Assembly: GCA_027064425.1 (NCBI GenBank)
Contig: JAMOPO010000027.1
Span: 64,001-128,000, forward strand
Direction: 5' to 3'
DNA length: 64,000 bases
From: Methanobacteriota archaeon
Lineage (GTDB): Archaea > JAADCQ01 > Methanopyri > Methanopyrales > Methanopyraceae
The notes beneath the pieces are model-generated. The model was not told where the DNA came from. It worked only from the letters and a program-made list of their open reading frames with translations, and searched no databases. This document shows, in pieces, positions 60,572-64,000 of this stretch. Position 1 is the stretch's first letter. The number at the start of each line of letters is the position of its first letter. Position numbers and translations under genes: made by a program.

Positions 60572-60576
60572 CCCCG
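60517..60576 (-). ncRNA. C/D box sRNA candidate embedded in the tgtA/trm1-like overlap
   Basis: Perfect C ATGATGA (60571-65), 13-nt guide, D' CGGA, GGG, C' GTGAAGA (60544-38), 12-nt guide, perfect D CTGA (60525-22), CGGGG/TCTCG terminal stem. Confidence 0.75.
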
Positions 60577-61898
60577 GGTTCCACGAGCGAGTGGCACGGG
60601 TACGTCCACGAAAGTTCTCCGGGGACGATCCCCAGCCACTCGTCGGCGAAGGCCAGCTCCCAGGGCTCCAGCCACTCCACCAGCTCGGCGAAGGGTCTCC
60701 TGAGCCCCTTTACGAGCCTTCGCCCCTCGAGTGACCCGAACCGCTCGCGGAGACGGCGCCGGTACAGGTGCAGCTCCGGCCGGCCCTTGGACACGTCGTC
60801 AAACACGAAGACGCTGCGCTTCGTCCCGGGCACCCACCGCTCCAGCTCCTCGCCTCGGCGGGACAGCTCCTCCATCCCGCGCCACGCGGCCGGGTGCGTG
60901 CGGCAGACCGACTCAGCGAGCTCCCACAGCTCGCCGGAGGCGATCGCCTGCCGGACGGTGCGGACTATCCGGTGGAGCTCGTAGAGGTTGTGCCGGGCGA
61001 GGAGCTCCGTCCGCTCATCTTCGTCCATCTCCCGCAGCTCCTGCGGGTCGTGCTTGGTGCAGACCGGGCAGGAGCACGGGAACTCCCGCAGCTCCTCCAG
61101 CTTGATGGTCCCGAGCGCGGACAGGTACCGGCCGGTCCTCGCGTAGATCGCGTAGGAGGCGGAGTCGAACAGGTCGCACCCCATGCAGACGGCCAGCGGG
61201 ATCGCCAGCGGGTGACCGCAGCCGAAGAGGTGGACCGGTCGGTGGGGCGGTAGGGCGGACTTGGCGGCGAGGACGACCCGGACGACGTCGGCGAACCGGT
61301 AGTCCTCCAGCAGGGGCACCACGCCGCCGATGGGGTACACCGCGGCCGGGAGCTCGGAGAGCCGCTCGGCGCAGGACCGCCGCAGGTCCTCGTAGGTGGA
61401 CCCCTGCACGGTCAGCGCCAGTGGCGGGCGCTCCTCCAGCGAGACGGCCTCACGCGCCCGCTTAACGGTCGTTTCCACGTCCTTTTCAGCCCGTTCCCTG
61501 GGAGCGTCCGGCGGCGTCGGGATGTCAAGGATGGTTCCGACGTCCGATCCGATCCTGGACTGGAACTCCACGATCTCCCGGTTGGTCACGTCCACGTCGC
61601 CGTACTCCGCGAGCTGGAAGGAGCCGGAGTCGGTCATCACGAACCCATCGAACTCCAGCAGCCCGTGCACGCCGCGTTCCAGCGCCTTCTCCCGCAGGTG
61701 CTCGTGCTTCCTGATGATGTAGGAGTTGGTGATCACACCGTCGAAGCCCATCCGCTCGATCTCCTTGGGCGGGACCACCAGGTCGTTGGGGTTAATGACC
61801 GGGAGCAGGGCGGGGGTCTCGAGCCGGCGTCCGTTTACCTCGAACCGGGCGAGCCGGCCGGCGACGTCTCGATCCCTCACCTCGAACCGGACCTCCAA
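60522..61898 (-). CDS. tgtA: Archaeosine tRNA-guanine(15) transglycosylase (no PUA domain)
   Basis: ETPALLPVINP, MTDSGSFQ, LDIPT, QGS, IGGVVPL, HLFGCGHP, FDSASY, CSCPVC..HN. Confidence 0.94.
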   Translation of the reverse strand: MEVRFEVRDRDVAGRLARFEVNGRRLETPALLPVINPNDLVVPPKEIERMGFDGVITNSYIIRKHEHLREKALERGVHGLLEFDGFVMTDSGSFQLAEYGDVDVTNREIVEFQSRIGSDVGTILDIPTPPDAPRERAEKDVETTVKRAREAVSLEERPPLALTVQGSTYEDLRRSCAERLSELPAAVYPIGGVVPLLEDYRFADVVRVVLAAKSALPPHRPVHLFGCGHPLAIPLAVCMGCDLFDSASYAIYARTGRYLSALGTIKLEELREFPCSCPVCTKHDPQELREMDEDERTELLARHNLYELHRIVRTVRQAIASGELWELAESVCRTHPAAWRGMEELSRRGEELERWVPGTKRSVFVFDDVSKGRPELHLYRRRLRERFGSLEGRRLVKGLRRPFAELVEWLEPWELAFADEWLGIVPGELSWTYPCHSLVEPGDDEGEDRRRGEEGRRR

Positions 61899-61902
61899 CG
61901 GA

Positions 61903-62574
61903 TCACACCCTCACGAACACCGTGACGGCGACCTCTTCCTCCAGCACGCTCGCGAGCTCGTTCGGGTCGGGTCCGGACTCCTTCCCGTCCTTTCCCACGT
62001 ACCGCTGGACGACGACGTAGTCCGGATCGATCTCTTTGACGGACTCGATCAGCGGCTCACAGTCGTCCGGCAGGTACGGGTGCGCGGTGATTCTAAGCTC
62101 CAGCTCGGCCCGGCCGCGGACGGCCTGGACCGCGCGCCTCAGCTCGGCCGCGTCCATGACATCACCGGTCGCCCTGAGGTAGGCCTCGTCCCGCAGCGGG
62201 GCCTTCAGGTCGAGCGCGACCCGATCGAAGGAGTCCGCCACGCGGTCCAGGCGCTCCGCCGGGTACCCCGAGGTGTCGAGGACGGGGGATAGGTCCATCC
62301 GGCGGATCAGGCGACAGAGCTCTCGGAGCTCGTCGATCGGCTGGGCGAGCGGCTCACCACCCGAGACGATGACGGCGTCCAGGTAGTCCGCGTACCTCTC
62401 GATCTCTCCAGCCACCTCGCTCGGGCCCATGTCGGTGCCGCCGTCCGGCGGGCGCAGCTCGGGGTTGTGGCACCACGGGCACCGCAGCGGGCATCCCTGG
62501 GTCCAGACTACCGAGCACACCTCTCCGGGCAGCCCGTCCGAGCAGCTGATGACTCTGAGTCCGGCGACCTTCAG
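61903..62574 (-). CDS. Anaerobic ribonucleotide reductase activating enzyme-like radical SAM protein
   Basis: CPLRCPWCHNP, SGGEP, DTSG, DLKAP; the family-typical N-terminus MKVAGL..S.SD.LPG begins at a CTG (62574) after GGAGGGGG. Confidence 0.8.
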   Translation of the reverse strand: MKVAGLRVISCSDGLPGEVCSVVWTQGCPLRCPWCHNPELRPPDGGTDMGPSEVAGEIERYADYLDAVIVSGGEPLAQPIDELRELCRLIRRMDLSPVLDTSGYPAERLDRVADSFDRVALDLKAPLRDEAYLRATGDVMDAAELRRAVQAVRGRAELELRITAHPYLPDDCEPLIESVKEIDPDYVVVQRYVGKDGKESGPDPNELASVLEEEVAVTVFVRV

Positions 62575-62589
62575 TGCGCTTCCCCCTCC

Positions 62590-63225
62590 TCACATGAACT
62601 CGTCGAGCGTGGACTGCTTCCGCTCGGAGGCGACGCGATCGTAGGTGCTCCAGGACCTGCGAAAGTAGTCCAGCAGCGGTCCCCGGCGCTCCAGCTCCCG
62701 CCTGAGCGCCTCAATGGTCCTAGGGTCGGATGGGTACCCGGAGCCCACGCTGGCCCCGAACTCCCGCTCCAGCAACCTGACGATCCAGTCCCGGTAGGTT
62801 TTGGCAACGATGGACGCGGCGGACACGATCTCGTAACGCTCGTCCGCCCGGTCCTCCGCGATGACTTTCACGTCTGAGGGCGGTCGAAGCTCCCGCTTCA
62901 CCCGCTCGGGATCGTAGTTCCCCGGCTTGTCGACGAGGACCAGGTCCGGATCGTGCCTGCGAATCAGCGCGCTCATCGCCCGGAAGCCGGCCTCGCTGAC
63001 CCCCTCCTCGTCGATCTCCCAGGGCCAGACGACCTCAACGTCCACCTTCAGCCGCTCATCCCTGAGAAGCTCCAGCAGCTTCCTCCTCCGGGCTCCGGGA
63101 GTCAGCCGCTTGGAGTCCCTGGCGCCCACTCCCAGCTCCTTGTCGGGTCCGAGGACGCCGGCCACTACCATTGGGCCGAACACCGGGCCCCGACCCGCCT
63201 CGTCGATCCCCAGTACCCCGCTCAC
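62590..63225 (-). CDS. rnhB: Ribonuclease HII
   Basis: GIDEAGRGP, DSKRL, VSAASIVAK, GSGYPSDP, C-terminal PIP box QSTLDEF. Confidence 0.96.
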   Translation of the reverse strand: MSGVLGIDEAGRGPVFGPMVVAGVLGPDKELGVGARDSKRLTPGARRRKLLELLRDERLKVDVEVVWPWEIDEEGVSEAGFRAMSALIRRHDPDLVLVDKPGNYDPERVKRELRPPSDVKVIAEDRADERYEIVSAASIVAKTYRDWIVRLLEREFGASVGSGYPSDPRTIEALRRELERRGPLLDYFRRSWSTYDRVASERKQSTLDEFM

Positions 63226-63267
63226 CTTTTGTAACCCCCGTCCCGCCGGGTGGCGGCGGGGCTGAGC

Positions 63268-63591
63268 ATGGAGGACCTGGAGGAGGCGCTAGAGACGCTG
63301 GTTCGGTACGGCAGGAAGGAGGAGCTCGAGGAGCTGCCGGGCGATCTCTCCAGCGTGGCCAAGCAGATGCAGAATATCATCAACACGGGGGGCAGGTACG
63401 AGATAGTGGTCGAGGAGGGCGAGGAGGGGGCCAAGGTGACGGTCTATACCTTGCGCCGCTCGCGAAGGCTCGGCACCTCCAAGTACCCGGGCTGGGAGCG
63501 GACGAAGAAGATCGCCGAGCTGGAGCTGAGCGAGGAGGAGGTGGAGGAGGTGATGGAGCTGTCGGAGAAGGTCGCGGAGCGAGTCTCCTAG
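63268..63591 (+). CDS. Hypothetical acidic protein
   Basis: ORF with Methanopyrus-like Glu-rich composition; ATG 63268 (or GTG 63250). Confidence 0.6.
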   Translation: MEDLEEALETLVRYGRKEELEELPGDLSSVAKQMQNIINTGGRYEIVVEEGEEGAKVTVYTLRRSRRLGTSKYPGWERTKKIAELELSEEEVEEVMELSEKVAERVS

Positions 63592-64000
63592 CCCCTCTCT
63601 CGCAGCTCCTCCACGATCTCCGAGACCCGCCGCACCACCTCCCGGAATATCCTCCTTCCCTTCTCGCGGTCCGCCGGCCTGGGGTCACCCTTCACGCCCG
63701 TCTCCGAGATCTCGTGGTAATCCGGGTACTCCCACACCTCCGTCCTACGACCGTCCTTGACCAGCTCGTCCTCGCGGACCAGCTCAGGGTACAGGTACAT
63801 CATCACCGAGGTCTCCAGCTCGTCCGCGTGCCCGCCCCAGTCGGTCTCCAGCACGTCCGTGGGCGCCAGCCTCCACCAGCTGACCCAGTAAAACCGCTCC
63901 TCTTCCTCCGCGACGGTTCCCAGCGCGGGCTCGTTGCCACCGTGCCCGTTGATCGCCAGCGTGGCCGCGGCCCCGTGGTGCAGGAACGACCGATGGATGT
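63588..64000 (-). CDS. Creatininase-family protein (ArfB-like), 3' part only
   Basis: AINGHGGN, GHADELETS, GVKGDP..A..EKG; continues off window. Confidence 0.85.
   Translation of the reverse strand, partial: IHRSFLHHGAAATLAINGHGGNEPALGTVAEEEERFYWVSWWRLAPTDVLETDWGGHADELETSVMMYLYPELVREDELVKDGRRTEVWEYPDYHEISETGVKGDPRPADREKGRRIFREVVRRVSEIVEELRERG

Noticed and set aside
62571-62593. GTGAGGA-12 nt-CTGA half C/D pattern at the rnhB stop (minus strand)
   Set aside because: No second box pair or terminal stem; explained by stop codon, RBS and CTG start

Overview
GC-rich, gene-dense archaeal chromosome segment from a Methanopyrus-like hyperthermophilic methanogen. The tRNA-Sec is nearly identical to the M. 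kandleri molecule as I recall it, while HemA is clearly similar but diverged, so this is probably a different Methanopyrus lineage. Most of the window is housekeeping: argC (partial), mptE, cobB, tes, carS, pyrE, purD, argF, mdh, queC, glutamate-synthase domains, pdxT, gatA, purA, ubiD-family, npdG, pscS, archease, hypCD, cobT, rpl37e, Sm, minD, Sec61-beta, engB, pyrG, nep1, hemAB, citG, nth, ppcA, trm1-like, tgtA, rnhB. No transposase, integrase, prophage or CRISPR array was seen. Features not shown by the ORF track: selC (tRNA-Sec) and seven C/D box sRNA candidates. Several guides match conserved rRNA sites (Um2552, Cm2498, L11 region), one sRNA sits inside the tgtA/trm1 overlap, and one has a guide complementary to the start of the adjacent ubiD-family mRNA. 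Best candidates for an undescribed system: (1) a roadblock + membrane-targeted tandem-roadblock + MinD operon with no MglA or MinE gene and an SD-occluding hairpin; (2) a divergent RNA-ligase-like protein; (3) two large secreted Gln-linker proteins, one with a caspase/gingipain-fold-like motif; (4) a roughly 310-nt structured intergenic element. All assignments come from motif recognition by eye; no searches were run, and rRNA numbering is E. coli-equivalent from memory.
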